Positions 1 through 12,305 of a DNA stretch of 64,000 nt are shown one piece after another (within the stretch, counting starts at the first letter, position 1; each line of letters opens with the position of its first letter). The notes beneath the pieces were generated by a model that did not search any database, was not told where the DNA came from, and saw nothing but the letters and a program-made list of their open reading frames with translations. This DNA is from Camelus dromedarius (Eukaryota): positions 56,918,001 to 56,982,000 of the forward strand of contig NC_087436.1 in the NCBI RefSeq assembly GCF_036321535.1, written 5' to 3'. The translations under genes and the position numbers were made by a program.

Positions 1-3000
1 GGGGCTGGGGGTGAGGGTAGATCACTGCATTCTTTACAATGAAAAAGTGACCACACTCCTAAATCAATATACCAAGGATCTCTGTTAGTGAACACAAACA
101 AGGTTCACACTATCACGTAAAAATTCCCACTGGGGATAGAGAAATGCTGCTTTGTGACAGAGATGGAGAATAAAGACTTCTGACAGATAAAGTTGTATAA
201 AAAAACCATGGAATACAGTCACTTAATATTATACTACAAAACTCAAATTCACATATAAGACAAAAAGAACCAGACACAGAATTGAAAGGTATATTAAGAA
301 TCCACTCCTACCTTCTGGGTACAACCCAAATTAATTCACTGAATTACTTAACACTACAACACTGGCTATTCATTAAAACGCTACTCTAAAAGAATCATTT
401 ACCTTCTTGAATCACCACTTTTTGAATCATCTCTCAGTTTTTCACATTTGGGTCATACAATTAGCAGATCAGCCACAAAATTTTTTTTCAATACTAAATT
501 GGCTTCTGCTGCCATTTACCATTTACACAATTATCAGACACACTGACTTATTTTAATATCAGGCTACATAAAATAGGATTATAAATATCAAACTAACGAG
601 AAATTCTAGAAAGATAATACATGCAATATACAGAATAAATTAGTTTTGATCAGATACCCCTTTGGGTCATCTCACCAATTTTTTATCCACTGTTAAGGAA
701 GGACATGGTCAAGAATTTTAAGTACTATTATTAAATAATATATAGTATATGGGACCATAATTCCAGCTACTTTATATATAAATCTTTAAATAAACATTTT
801 AGAGGTATAATTAACATGGCATTGTATAAGTTACGTATTTTTAATTTTGAGAAAAGCTAATGGAAAGCATATTCACAGATGTCAACATTTCAAAGACTTA
901 AAACACTATCCAAAATCATTCAAATATTTTACACAGAATCAAATATACGGAAAAATATTCAAAAACAGAGTTTACAATATTTTATAGTCATTGTTGACAA
1001 GATGTTCAGGTCATTTTAAATTGTTTATTAATTGTAATTGGAAATTTGCATATAACTTATCATAATACTTGTTAACAAGATTACCTATACCTTATATTTA
1101 ATTTTTTCTGTTATTAACAGCCACATAAAGATATGTGTTGGCAAAAAATAAGCAAACATTCCTTTAAAAAACATGGATATAAAAAATAATTACTTCAAAA
1201 ACATTGACATGTAAATTATGTACATCACTAATACTTATATGTACTGGTCTGGAAATACATCCATGATACAATCAAAGAACAAAAGGAAAACTGCAGAACA
1301 ACATGTATTAGTGGGGGAGAGTGATGCACATTAGAACATAAAAATGAGTAAAACGGTAGAAAGAGTGTATCTAGAAGAAGGAAGACTAGAAAAGGCTGGG
1401 GAAATTTTACTTTATACTCTGTATATTGTTAAACTATTCAAATATTTTACAAGTGTCATTAAGCTTTAATTTTTCAATAAAAATATGTTTGTTTTAAAAG
1501 ATGTCACCAGATATTCTTATAAAATATTCTTGACATCCTACACCTAATTAGTAAGGCTCATATAATGACCAAAACCAAAAAAGCAACAAATTTTAACTAC
1601 CAGATAATCAACTCTAGAATGACTTCACCATTTATATGGTATTTATCATTCATATAGGTGTCTATCTAAGGTATGTATAATATACATGCATATGTGTCCA
1701 CAGGAACTGCATGTTATGTAACCTAATATGATCAAACATTCCCAATCAGCCTGTAAAATTCTAGAACCGAGGACAGAGTGTCCCAGACTGACAAGTGCCC
1801 GGTTCACAGCTGCTAGGATAGCTGTTTGTCTCAACCATCCATTCTGCTCCCACACAACTAAAAAGAGCCCACACGCTATCTGAGACGGAAGAGCTGCCAA
1901 ATCTTCTAGGCTACTTGCATTTCATCAACAGAAGAAAACACACGTTTATGACCATTCCTAACGGGACATCTTCTGAACTGCCTCACTCTCAAAGGGCGGT
2001 GTACAAAGTAATTCTTCCTGCAAAACTACTTTCCATAAAAGGACATGAGCTGTACTCTCTGTTTACTTCACTTCCTTAGTATTCTTACTCCACCTTAAGT
2101 CATGGAGAAATAATTGGCCCTAAGGCAAATCCTTTATGGCATTTGCTTTAGTAAAGGGCAAAGCATTTTATGACTGAAACAGCCCAATAAAGGAGGAGGC
2201 AGTAAGGCGGAAGGTAAAACACATGCTCAACCAGGAGGCCTCAAAAACACCTAGTAGCTAAGTTGAACTTGTCATGGCTTAAGAACTGACTCAAAAAGTA
2301 CAAACACTTAAAAATATGTAAGTGTTCTATGTTATAAATGTATAAATTCAGGTTCAAAGAAAGGCTTGCTTGCTTATATATTGGATTCAGAAGTGAAATT
2401 TTTGCACCACCACCACCAACAAAAAAAACCCAAGATATTTTTTAAGGGCTACTTATAGTACACATTTAACGGCAAAGATATGATTTAGAAGTGACACCAC
2501 ATTTTTCAAAACTATTCAAAGGTAAAAGCAAGTTATTTTAAGGATGATGGAGATTTTTAAAAATTATATTCCCATTTCTAAAAGACTTTAGGAGTGACTG
2601 AAAAATTAGCACCTCTGAAAGAAAAGAAAACAAGGATTTCCTCAATAAAATGAAGGTAATAGGAGTTTCTGAAAACCTGAATGAATATGAATCTTGCCAG
2701 TCGGATAAGCACCATTAAAGGAAAAACAGCTCCCTGGCTATTTGCAGATAAAAACTGTTTCAATTCAAGAATAATATCAATTACTGCAAGACAAAGAACT
2801 TTCCTCACACATTAAATACTCAGGTAAAACCGATCTACAAGTTGATTCACACACAGAGCCAGCACTCAGCAAGCTAGCTGGCATCCGCATCAACAACAAA
2901 TGCCCACAGTGAAGGATGCACTCACCAGCGGAACGGGTTCATTCAGCACCTTAATACAAACACGCAACTTGAGGGCCCTGTATAGGAGGCTGGGGGAATC

Positions 3001-3016
3001 TAAGAAGGCTCAAAAA

Positions 3017-3190
3017 CAGTATTTCTCAAGTATCTGCGTCCTTGAATCATTTGCACTGCTTGTTAAAAACACAGATTCGCACTTTCTACTGCTCCAGATT
3101 CTAATTCAGTAAATCTTAAGTGAGGCACAGGCATGTGTATTTTTAAGAGCTCCAGCTAATTCTGACCCAGGTGGGACAAGAAACTCTGTT
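3017..3190. mobile_element. MER5-like hAT-Charlie DNA transposon relic
   Basis: cagtatttctcaag...cttgttaaaaacacagattc...gattctaattcagtaaatct...tgtatttttaagagctcc resembles MER5A/B. Confidence 0.6.
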
Positions 3191-4237
3191 CTAGAGACTC
3201 CCCCACACCCTCTGTAGTTTCTTAAGATACACATACAGCCATCCACAAGTACTCAAAGGAAAGTCTGAACACTCCCACCCTGCAGAAGTAACTCCTGTGT
3301 TATGCACAGTCGATGAAGCAATTCCTGAACATCTGCAGCATGGGACCAGTAAAAACAATAGAGTTTCTATTCCTAAAGAATGTTTAAAGGAGTACAGGCA
3401 GGCTAAAATCAGCAAGGGAAAAGACAGGGGCTTTTTGGATACGCGCATGTGCCATCCGTCTTGGTGGCGGAATCATTAAGGAATGGCCAGGCTGCAAGAG
3501 GAAGAAAGCTACAAACAACTTTTAGAAACCAAACCGCAAGAACTTATCTGGATTCAAAGTTTTCTTCAACTTAGTGTTCAGGAGGAGAATGGTCTTGAAT
3601 CACATGATTCTTGATGATATATTACATTGAAATTACATTGAAATTATGCTTTTTTCTCATAGCCTCTCCATCCCAGCTAGTCAAGTTCTATACTAGTTGA
3701 AGTTCACTGACAAAATCAGTATTGGGGGGGGGGGGGGTGTACTAATAGCATTTAGTAACAAAGCTCTGGTGTGAGGCTAAAACATAATGTTTCTTAGGCA
3801 GCAAAGTTAGGATTATATTCAGCTGCACATACCAGAATACCCTTCTACAGTGTTTTAATAGAAAAGAAATTGTTATTTTCTTCATGTAAAGAGAAGTGTA
3901 AAGGTAGGCAGTCCAAGGCAGCCCCACAATGACATCACTGCCCCCAGGCTCCTTTATTCTTTTTCCTCAGCCACCCAAATACACAGATTTCATCTACTTT
4001 TTAATTGTCACAAATGAGAGCAAGAAAGTCCAAGCACCACATCCACTTTCCTGACAAGGAGAAGAAAAGCAATAGGGAATGAGGGGCACCTCACTCGGGC
4101 AAACAGAAATACACCCTGGCAGACATCCACTTAGACTGCAGTGCAATGAGTCTACAAAGGCAAATCTCTCAGCCAGGCAAGCTGCCACCCCAAAGAAAGT
4201 CGGGTAGTGGTAGTGATGAAAAGTACTAGACAGGCAA

Positions 4238-4283
4238 ACCGTAGTGTTTGTCACCCAAAAACCGTAGTGTTTGTCACCCAAAA
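4238..4283. repeat. Perfect 23-bp tandem duplication (accgtagtgtttgtcacccaaaa x2)
   Basis: Read directly: 4238-4260 and 4261-4283. Confidence 0.95.
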
Positions 4284-6039
4284 ATTTCTTATGAGAAAAG
4301 TCATCTTCACCATTTCTGTCCAGAGAGCTTACCATGAGGTCTACCAACCAACCTTTCCTACTCACAAAGATCTTTCTTTTACCTCCTAGAGTCTTAATGC
4401 TCTAAGTAAAGCACCTTATCTAGAAGCTACATATAAAACCTTATCCAATGTATCAAAAGCTAAAGGATCCTTACCTAATAGTATTCTTTATTATTTGATT
4501 ATATTTCAAATACCAAAATAAAAGAAATGTAAAGACTATCTTAAGGAAAGAAATGCTAGGACTAAGCTAGTTACTTATAGGTAGTAACCTACAGATCCAC
4601 ACTAAGTGGCTGGAGCATAAGAAATACAACGAATATCATGGATGCATAGGACTCATCTACGAGGTGAATCCAAGGGATCTGGAGAAGCACACTGACTCCT
4701 CAGTTCTGCCTTCCTGAACTTGAGGAAGCCTTTGAGACCTCCTCTCATCCTAAGCCCAGATTTATAATCTACTGGCCTTTTACCACACAGATGTCACATG
4801 ATTTATGTTTTTTAAGAGCTAGAAGAGCCACTGGAGATGACAATATTCCTTAGGCGTAAGCGGCATGCGCTAGTTCACTCACTTTAACCACACAGTTTCC
4901 CAGCTGCATATATATTACACTGGCCATGCAGTGTGAAACTAATGCTTTTATTTACAGAATATTTTATCAAATCATTTGATAACATAGTTCTAGCATAATA
5001 ATAATATATAACCAAAAGGAGACATATTGAGGTTATAATCTTAGAACTCTAACAGGACAAAATGGATAAGCCTAAGACAAATAAACTGGAAAACTAGCAA
5101 AGATGGATGAACAAGAGAGAAATACAATTTGACCAGAGTCAAAAAGACAAAAATAAAGTTTCCTCAAAGTTCATATAGTCAAACAACTTATTTTATTGTA
5201 ATGCCTTTTCCACAAATTTTTAGAAACTTAAAAAAATTATCACTGTTTTCTTTTTAATTTATAATATTCAAATTTAACTTTCCCTATAAGTTAAATCCTA
5301 TTCAAGAGAAAGAAAAATGTTTTCAGCCATCACCTAACTCCACTTACCAATAATAAACTGAAGATTTCATTGAGAAGCCAGAAGTAGGTTCCTGGATTTT
5401 TTCCTTCCTCTGTAAAATTACAGGTCACACGTAATGGAATTTGAACTTGAAAGATAAAAATGCTGAACTGGCTAGACCATGATCTCAGATTGGTAACACA
5501 CTGCACTAGCAGGATGCCAGTAAAACCATACTTTGCACAGAATGTACCTCGTTTCAGGACACATGCAGGAAATGTATCTAAGGTTTCAGATTGGTCCCTC
5601 TTGGTGTAACTGATTAGATTTCAACACAGAAAGTGAGTAAAGAAAATAAGGAGAAGAGACAGTAATATTAAAATAGTGTTTCCAAAGGTGTGGTATTCAA
5701 AATGATTTTAGATGGTACATGGATGAAGAGATTTATCTTAATAGTTACATTTATCTTAACAAGTATTTTAAAATATAATAAAGACATCAAAAACCATCAT
5801 CCCATAAATGTGAGTGATTAGAATGAGAATACAGTATGAATTTTGGTTTAAAAGCAGGATCATAATCATGAAAATAGTTAAGTAAATCTGGGATATGACA
5901 AAAATCATGAACATAGTACACAAATGACAAATCTGGAAAACATGTTGAACCTGCTCTATTTTTCTACAATACAGTTATCTCTCAAAAAAGGTTTTATATA
6001 AGACAAATGACTCAGTTCTTTTAATTTAAAAATCTAAGG

Positions 6040-6460
6040 GGAAAAAACTATGGAAGAGGAATTTATACATTATAATGGATTTAAGAAACATATAAACCAA
6101 TCCCAAAGAATGGACCTTATCTGGATACTGATTCAGATTGCTAAAAAAAAAGGAATAATTATTATATAGACACATATATACTTATGAATGGCAATCGGGA
6201 AGATAAGAATTCTGCTGATACTGGGAAATTGTCAATTTTTCAGGTGTGATAAAGGTACTGTGGATTATGTTTTTAAAAGCATTCTTAAAATTTTGAAATA
6301 CATACTGAAATATTTGGATGATATGATATAACTAGGATTTGCTTCAAAAGAACATGGAAGGGGAAATCAGTGAGAATACAGATAAAGCAAAATTGACTAC
6401 ATACTTAATTGAACCTCAGTGATGGATACAGTGGGCTCATATTATTCTACTTTTATAATG
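6040..6460 (+). mobile_element. Old L1 (L1MC-like) 3' fragment
   Basis: tggaccttatctggatactgattc...aggtgtgataaaggtactgtgg...ggatttgcttcaaaa...ggctcatattattctactttt is typical of L1MC 3' ends. Confidence 0.65.
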
Positions 6461-7914
6461 CTGATAATGTCCACATTAAAAATCTGTATTGTTTGTATTA
6501 AGTTTTTAATTAATACCAATTACACGGAAATTTTAAATTGTGACTATAAAGAACTGAAGGCAAAAATCTCTTGCTTCAAAACTAAATATGAGGGGCTAAT
6601 TTTTCAGAATCTTTTCTGATAAATAATGCATTTTAAACACATCTTTTCCTCATTCACCCTGCCTTATAACCCGATTTCTTTTTAAATGCTAAGTTAACCA
6701 TTCTGTCACTACATAATATTTCATAACAGTATATTACATTTCAGAAGCAAATAAAATAAGTGATGCTCTATTTAGATATTTTCAGAGTTCCAACATCCTC
6801 ACCTCAAGTCAATAAATACATCAAGGAAAAAGGTAAGGAGTTAATAATTTTAAAGTAATCTACTCTTGCTTTCTCTTTACATTTTGACTTTTACTTCCCT
6901 GTCTACTAAATTTAGACAATGTTCCATACGACATTTACCAGATTAATATGATTACAGCAATAGATTTGAAAAAGCCACATTCAAAACACATTAGACACTC
7001 ACTATGCAAGAAAGTCACTTTACTCTCCCATGACTAAACTAAGCAAAAAATGAAAATCACGACAGTCCTTTATGGACTTGTACATAAAAAACAATAAATA
7101 GAGATGTATGCATCAATATAATTGTACTTATTTGTTAGTTAACATCAAAAATTTCTAAAATCAACCCAAATCTCAACATGACATCCTAGATTTTTTAATT
7201 TAAAAAGGAGGTAGACTGCCTTTGGATAGTAACTTCAAATATGATTAAAAGTAGAAATATGCTTTATAGTCAATAAACTTAAAAATTAACAGAGATGACA
7301 CTTCAAATAAAATCTGGAATATAACTAAAGATAAGGATCTACCAAATGTAAAGAAAGCCAGCATAGATAAGGCAATTAAAAGAGAAAAAAGATCAAGACT
7401 CTCAAAATATAGGTAATCTTTAAAAATGAATAAACTGTCTTAACTGACATTAAAATAATATATCAACCCCACACCAAAATTAATTCCAGATGGATTACAG
7501 AGTTTAAAAATGTTGAAAAGCTAGAAAAAGCAGATGACAGGATAGAATATTTATTAAATATCTCAAGAGGATTGACTTTCTAATCTTTGAAGACATACAA
7601 AGGAAAAAGGAAAAGATTTGAACAAATGAAAATGATAAACTTCTGTGTCTCATATATAAACAATAAAAATGAGAAGAGATTGGCAGAAAAATGTGCAGCA
7701 AATGTAATAAAAGTTTACTACTAATAAACGTAAGTGGTTCCGGAAAACTGGGACCATACACATCATAATTATTACCATCTTACAGTACGAGGAACCTGAG
7801 CCATGGAGGAAGAGGAGTGCCTTAGAATACGAAAAGCGCTAATAATAGCAGTTTCCAAGGGGGGAAAAAACAACATTTTTTTGTATTGCCTCCACTGATC
7901 ATTTGTCTACTTGT

Positions 7915-8383
7915 TGTCAAATCAATTCCCCACCCTCCTTTGCCCCCTCTGTATATGGCAAGGCTCCTTTGCTCTGGCTTCTGGATAGATCCCACCAGTA
8001 AGAGGCAATGGCAGAGGCTTGGAGGGCCGGAGAGAAGCCTTGGTATTTCTCCCATTTCTACATCTGCTCTATGGTTCCAACTCCAGTCGTTCAGCCCCAG
8101 GCTCCGTGGTCCCAGCTCAGGGCCCGTGCCCTCTCTGTGGTTTTGGCTCCCACCAGCCAGCCCCAATGCCCAGGCTCTGGTAACACTACATTTTCCCACT
8201 GCCTCTCTGGGTCCTAAAGATGACAATGGTGTCCTGCTGTTGCTCATCTCGAGAATGCCCTGCCAGACCCTGTTTGGTTTCTCTGCTCTACCAAAAACTG
8301 TTTTATCAATTCCATCTACTAAAATTTCCTATTTAAAATACCTAGAGTGTTTTTATTTTCCTAATTGGACCCTGACTCATTCA
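7915..8383 (+). mobile_element. ERVL solo LTR, LTR33-like
   Basis: TG...CA ends; the 3' end aaaatacctagagtgttttattttcctaattggaccctgactcattca matches the LTR33 terminus. Explains the spurious ORFs at 7822-8434. Confidence 0.7.
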
Positions 8384-9154
8384 GTTCCTAAAATCAAGAC
8401 CTTAATAGGAGATTTCAATAGAAGAAGTTGGTAATTCAAAGGAATGCTTACTGGACCTTACTTTTTAGGGAGGGAAAAAAACCCCAGTAAAACAGAAAGT
8501 TGAGATGTATAAATTACCCGTGATCCAGCATCACTTAACACTAATAATCGTAATACTAATATATATCCTCTGTGGCCCACATTTACCAAAAAAGTCATGA
8601 CAGTAAGTAAAAGAAGTAGTGTTTTTTAAAAATGTTTTGAAGAGTGAATTAAATAAAAAGGTGGTTGCTGACTTAGTAACCCACCATTAAATGAGCTTTA
8701 GCTCTAGCCTCCCCTCAAACTCTCAATTTTTCCCTTCTTCTCCCTCCTCCTAGTGGCATTTTCTCTAAGAACAAGAAAATTAAAAAGTTGGTGAAAGGCA
8801 GTGGACAAGTTTTATTCAGAAGCTTGAAAATTAGACTTACAACAACTTTTGCCAGAATATTTCAGCCAAAATGAAAAACTCAGAATCAAAGCAAAGAGAA
8901 ATACCATAAAATGATGACAATACAGGTTAAAAATAAATAGGCTGTATGTGAAAAACATCACAAGATATAATAGAATATTTTATCTATATCTTATCCATAT
9001 CTTAATATAAGATAGAGTAATCTAAGAACAGTTTAGCTTCTCATCATGGCTTGCCCTGAAAACAATCCAATATACAAAGATCTCCCCATCAAATTCCCTT
9101 AAAGGGCCATTTGGACTGACCAATAATGGGAAAGAAACTGACTAAGAAAATGTT

Positions 9155-9189
<35 letters not shown>
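9155..9189. repeat. Poly-A / (GAAAA)n simple repeat
   Basis: Read directly. Confidence 0.9.
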
Positions 9190-9333
9190 TGAAGTGAAAT
9201 AGTGATTTGAGTGTGCTTTACAGAATAAAAGACATCACCGTCTTTAAAAATCTCAACGAGTGCCCTAACGTTCCTGCTCACAGTCTAACACTTCTAGCCA
9301 GACAGCCAGACTGAGCTTCACAATCACTTGGTA

Positions 9334-9707
9334 CAGTCATCCCTCAGTACTGGGGGGTGGGGGAGCGCCAGGGCGGGATTAGGCTCCAGGACCCCCTGAG
9401 GATACCAAAATCTGAGAACACTCAAGTCCTATATATAAAATGGCACAGTATCTGCACATAACCTATGTACATCCTTCATAAACTTTAAATCATCTCTAGA
9501 TTACTTACAACGTTTAATATAAATGCTATGTAAATAGTTGTAAATACAATGTAAACACTATGTAAATAGTTGCCAGTATGGCAAATTTAAGTTTTGCTTT
9601 TTGGAATTTTCTGGAATTTTTTTCCAGAATACTTTCAATTCACAGGTGGTTGAATCTGCAGGTGCAGAACCTGCAGAAACGGAACCCTCAGATATGCAGA
9701 CCGACTG
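9334..9707 (+). mobile_element. MER2/MER2B (TcMar-Tigger) non-autonomous DNA transposon, full length
   Basis: Termini cagtc...gactg flanked by TA on both sides (9332-9333, 9708-9709); diagnostic ggataccaaaatc...caagtcc...tataaaatggc...tttaaatcatctctagattactta. Confidence 0.88.
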
Positions 9708-10644
9708 TACAGTTGTAATACTACACTAAACCATATTCTATTGGTCACAGTAAGTTTTTTTAACTTATGTGCCTGACTTGCTGTCAAATGTGAAATATAC
9801 ATAAAAATTAGTAGTCAGAAATCAAATATTATTTTAAATGTATACCTATAAAAAAATGAAGCCATGGCAAGTAGAAGATACAGTCACTTGATTAATAACT
9901 TTTCACTGATTTTTAAGGAGGTTCAAAGAAGATGATACTAAAATAAAATTTTATAAATCCATGTAACCATAGGCCAAATCTTCTTAAAATTTTTTTTGTT
10001 TCATTACATTTCATTTTTTGCAGGCCATTAAAAAAAAAAAACTTAATATGAAAAACTGAAAGTCATAGTTTCATTCTTTTCCCACAAATTTCAATTAAAA
10101 AAAAAACTATACATGTGGAGAAGTCAAAAGAGTCTCTCTCACATAACACATGCCACTTTTAATGCTTTAAGAATAGTTAAACACAACAAAAATCTTCAGT
10201 AAGGTTACAGAGTGTATCTCCAGGCTAGACTACATGCCAAAATTCACTAACTTGTATTAACTTAAATTGCCTTTTATTGGCCCTCAGTTAAGAACCTTTA
10301 AAACTATTCCCTAGATTCCAAGATGTATCAAGGAGGGCTGGCTCTACTTAGAACAGCTCTAGTCAAAGGCCACCCAAGATATGCCAAAGACAATATGGCC
10401 AGAAAAGCATGGATAACTGCCAACAGTAATTCTGTCCAGGTCTCTGAAACCCAAAACCTCCTTTCTACCACCCTCCCCTCACTCCATTTCCATCCAACAG
10501 ACACATCATAATATCATGCACAAACTTGAAGAGATGGGGAACTGGCAAAAGGACACAGGTGGATGCTTAGGCTAAACATCTAAAATCATTTGAAATCTAC
10601 CTAAAACTGAACAACCACAACATCCATAGTAACAACAAAAATAG

Positions 10645-10890
10645 TTTATATTATATTGCATACACTCTTTGCCAGGTACTCCACATACTTAAAGAATATG
10701 AAGTCAATCAGTCTTCACAATAACTCTACTATACAAGTACACTATTAATAATCTCATTTTACAAACGAGACAGCAGAGACCCAGAGTTTTGTAACTTGCT
10801 CAAGGTCACACAGCAAGAAAGTGTAGGTACTGAGATGTGACCACACAATGACTTGCTACAGAGTCCATAATCTTGCACACTATGATACTC
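10645..10890 (-). mobile_element. MIR SINE
   Basis: Reverse MIR core: cattttacaaacgag...gtaacttgctcaaggtcacacagc. Confidence 0.8.
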
Positions 10891-12169
10891 TACCTCTCTA
10901 TCTGTATTTGTTACACTTCCTCTAAACTATCAACATATAAACTCAAAATATTTAAATATGAAACCAACACAGTAGAACAAGATACAACCAAAAAAGAAAT
11001 TAATAAAAGTCTTTATATACTGATGATGGAAGAAGATTCTAGATGAATTGTTATCTGAAGAATGTTGGTTAAGTGTCTGTTTTTAAGGTTACTCAAGAAA
11101 ATGCCCAGTTTTCTGGGTAGCTGGATTTCAGGTTTGGTGGAGTATTTTGTTTTGTTTTTGTTGTCATTGTTTCCTATGCATCTTCAACTAGAATGTGTAT
11201 TTATAACTTTTATAATAAAAAGTAAACAAAATTTTTTCCTCTTGAGAATTAGATTGTTATAAATTACTATTACAATGACAAGAGAGCAACTCCTCAATTC
11301 TTCACAACAATTCTACTGACTATATTTTTAGGTAGAAAAAAGTGGAAGAGGTTTGAGTTACCTAAAATACAAAGTGACACTCTTATCCACCCAAGCTAAA
11401 ACATTCAAAATATCAGAATTACAAATAACATCCAATCAGAAATAATGTGTGCTACAAAACTATAAAGAAAACAAGGGGAACGATTCCAGACGGTCAGAAG
11501 TAAAACACAACCCTAATGTCCTCATGTATGTGTAAGCTCTGTATGCATGTAACACCAACATATGAAGAATCAAGCTTCAGAGTGTTGATCAGTTAATAAT
11601 AACTTGTCAAGCACATTCCTACTCATGAGGTATGTAGACGTATTTATGACATATTTTGTTTTAGTTTAGGTATGATGCAACTTTAAGAGTTACTTGATGG
11701 TTTAAAAAGACCTAGGAGCTATATATATATTGTATATATATATATAGCTATATATATAATATTTGTTGCATATATATCTATTTAAAGAGAAGGTGGAATT
11801 GAGCTGCCTTCGAGTTACTGAACTGGGAGGTGGTTTGCCAATTCTCACAAACTTTCCACTGTCTTTAAATATAGAGGATATTCCCTGGTAAATCTGGTCA
11901 ATTTAGTTAAGAAATCATATTACCATAACTACATCAATCCCTGAAGTTAAATTTTACTTCCCATAATTTCAAGTAAAAGTTAGCAATAATTTGCTGTCTA
12001 CTCATTGTTGTCTAAATACTATTACTATTGCTTTGGCACATCAAGGGGAAAAAATGCTTTTTTTTAGAATGTGTATTTATAATACTTAGAAGAAATAGCA
12101 AGGGCTTATAAACGGGTCATTTTCTGTTGATCAAATAAAAGTCACATCAATTTGCACAGTCCTGTAGTG

Positions 12170-12305
12170 GCAAACATACTCACAATGCTGTACAACAGAA
12201 CTCCAGAACTTTTTCATGTTGCAAAACTAAAAGCCTGTACCCATTAATCAACCCCCCTCCCTCTTCCTTCAGCCCCTTTAACCACCATTCTACTTTTCTA
12301 CTATC
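12170..12305 (-). mobile_element. L1 (L1MA/MB-like) 3' fragment
   Basis: ctccagaactttttcatgttgcaaaact...cccattaa...accaccattctacttt. Confidence 0.6.

Noticed and set aside
3724..3737. G14 run (and C15 at 49829-49843) as functional elements
   Set aside because: Homopolymers of uncertain assembled length with no supporting context.
7822..8434. 182-aa and 141-aa ORFs
   Set aside because: They lie within an LTR33-like solo LTR; no protein similarity recognised.
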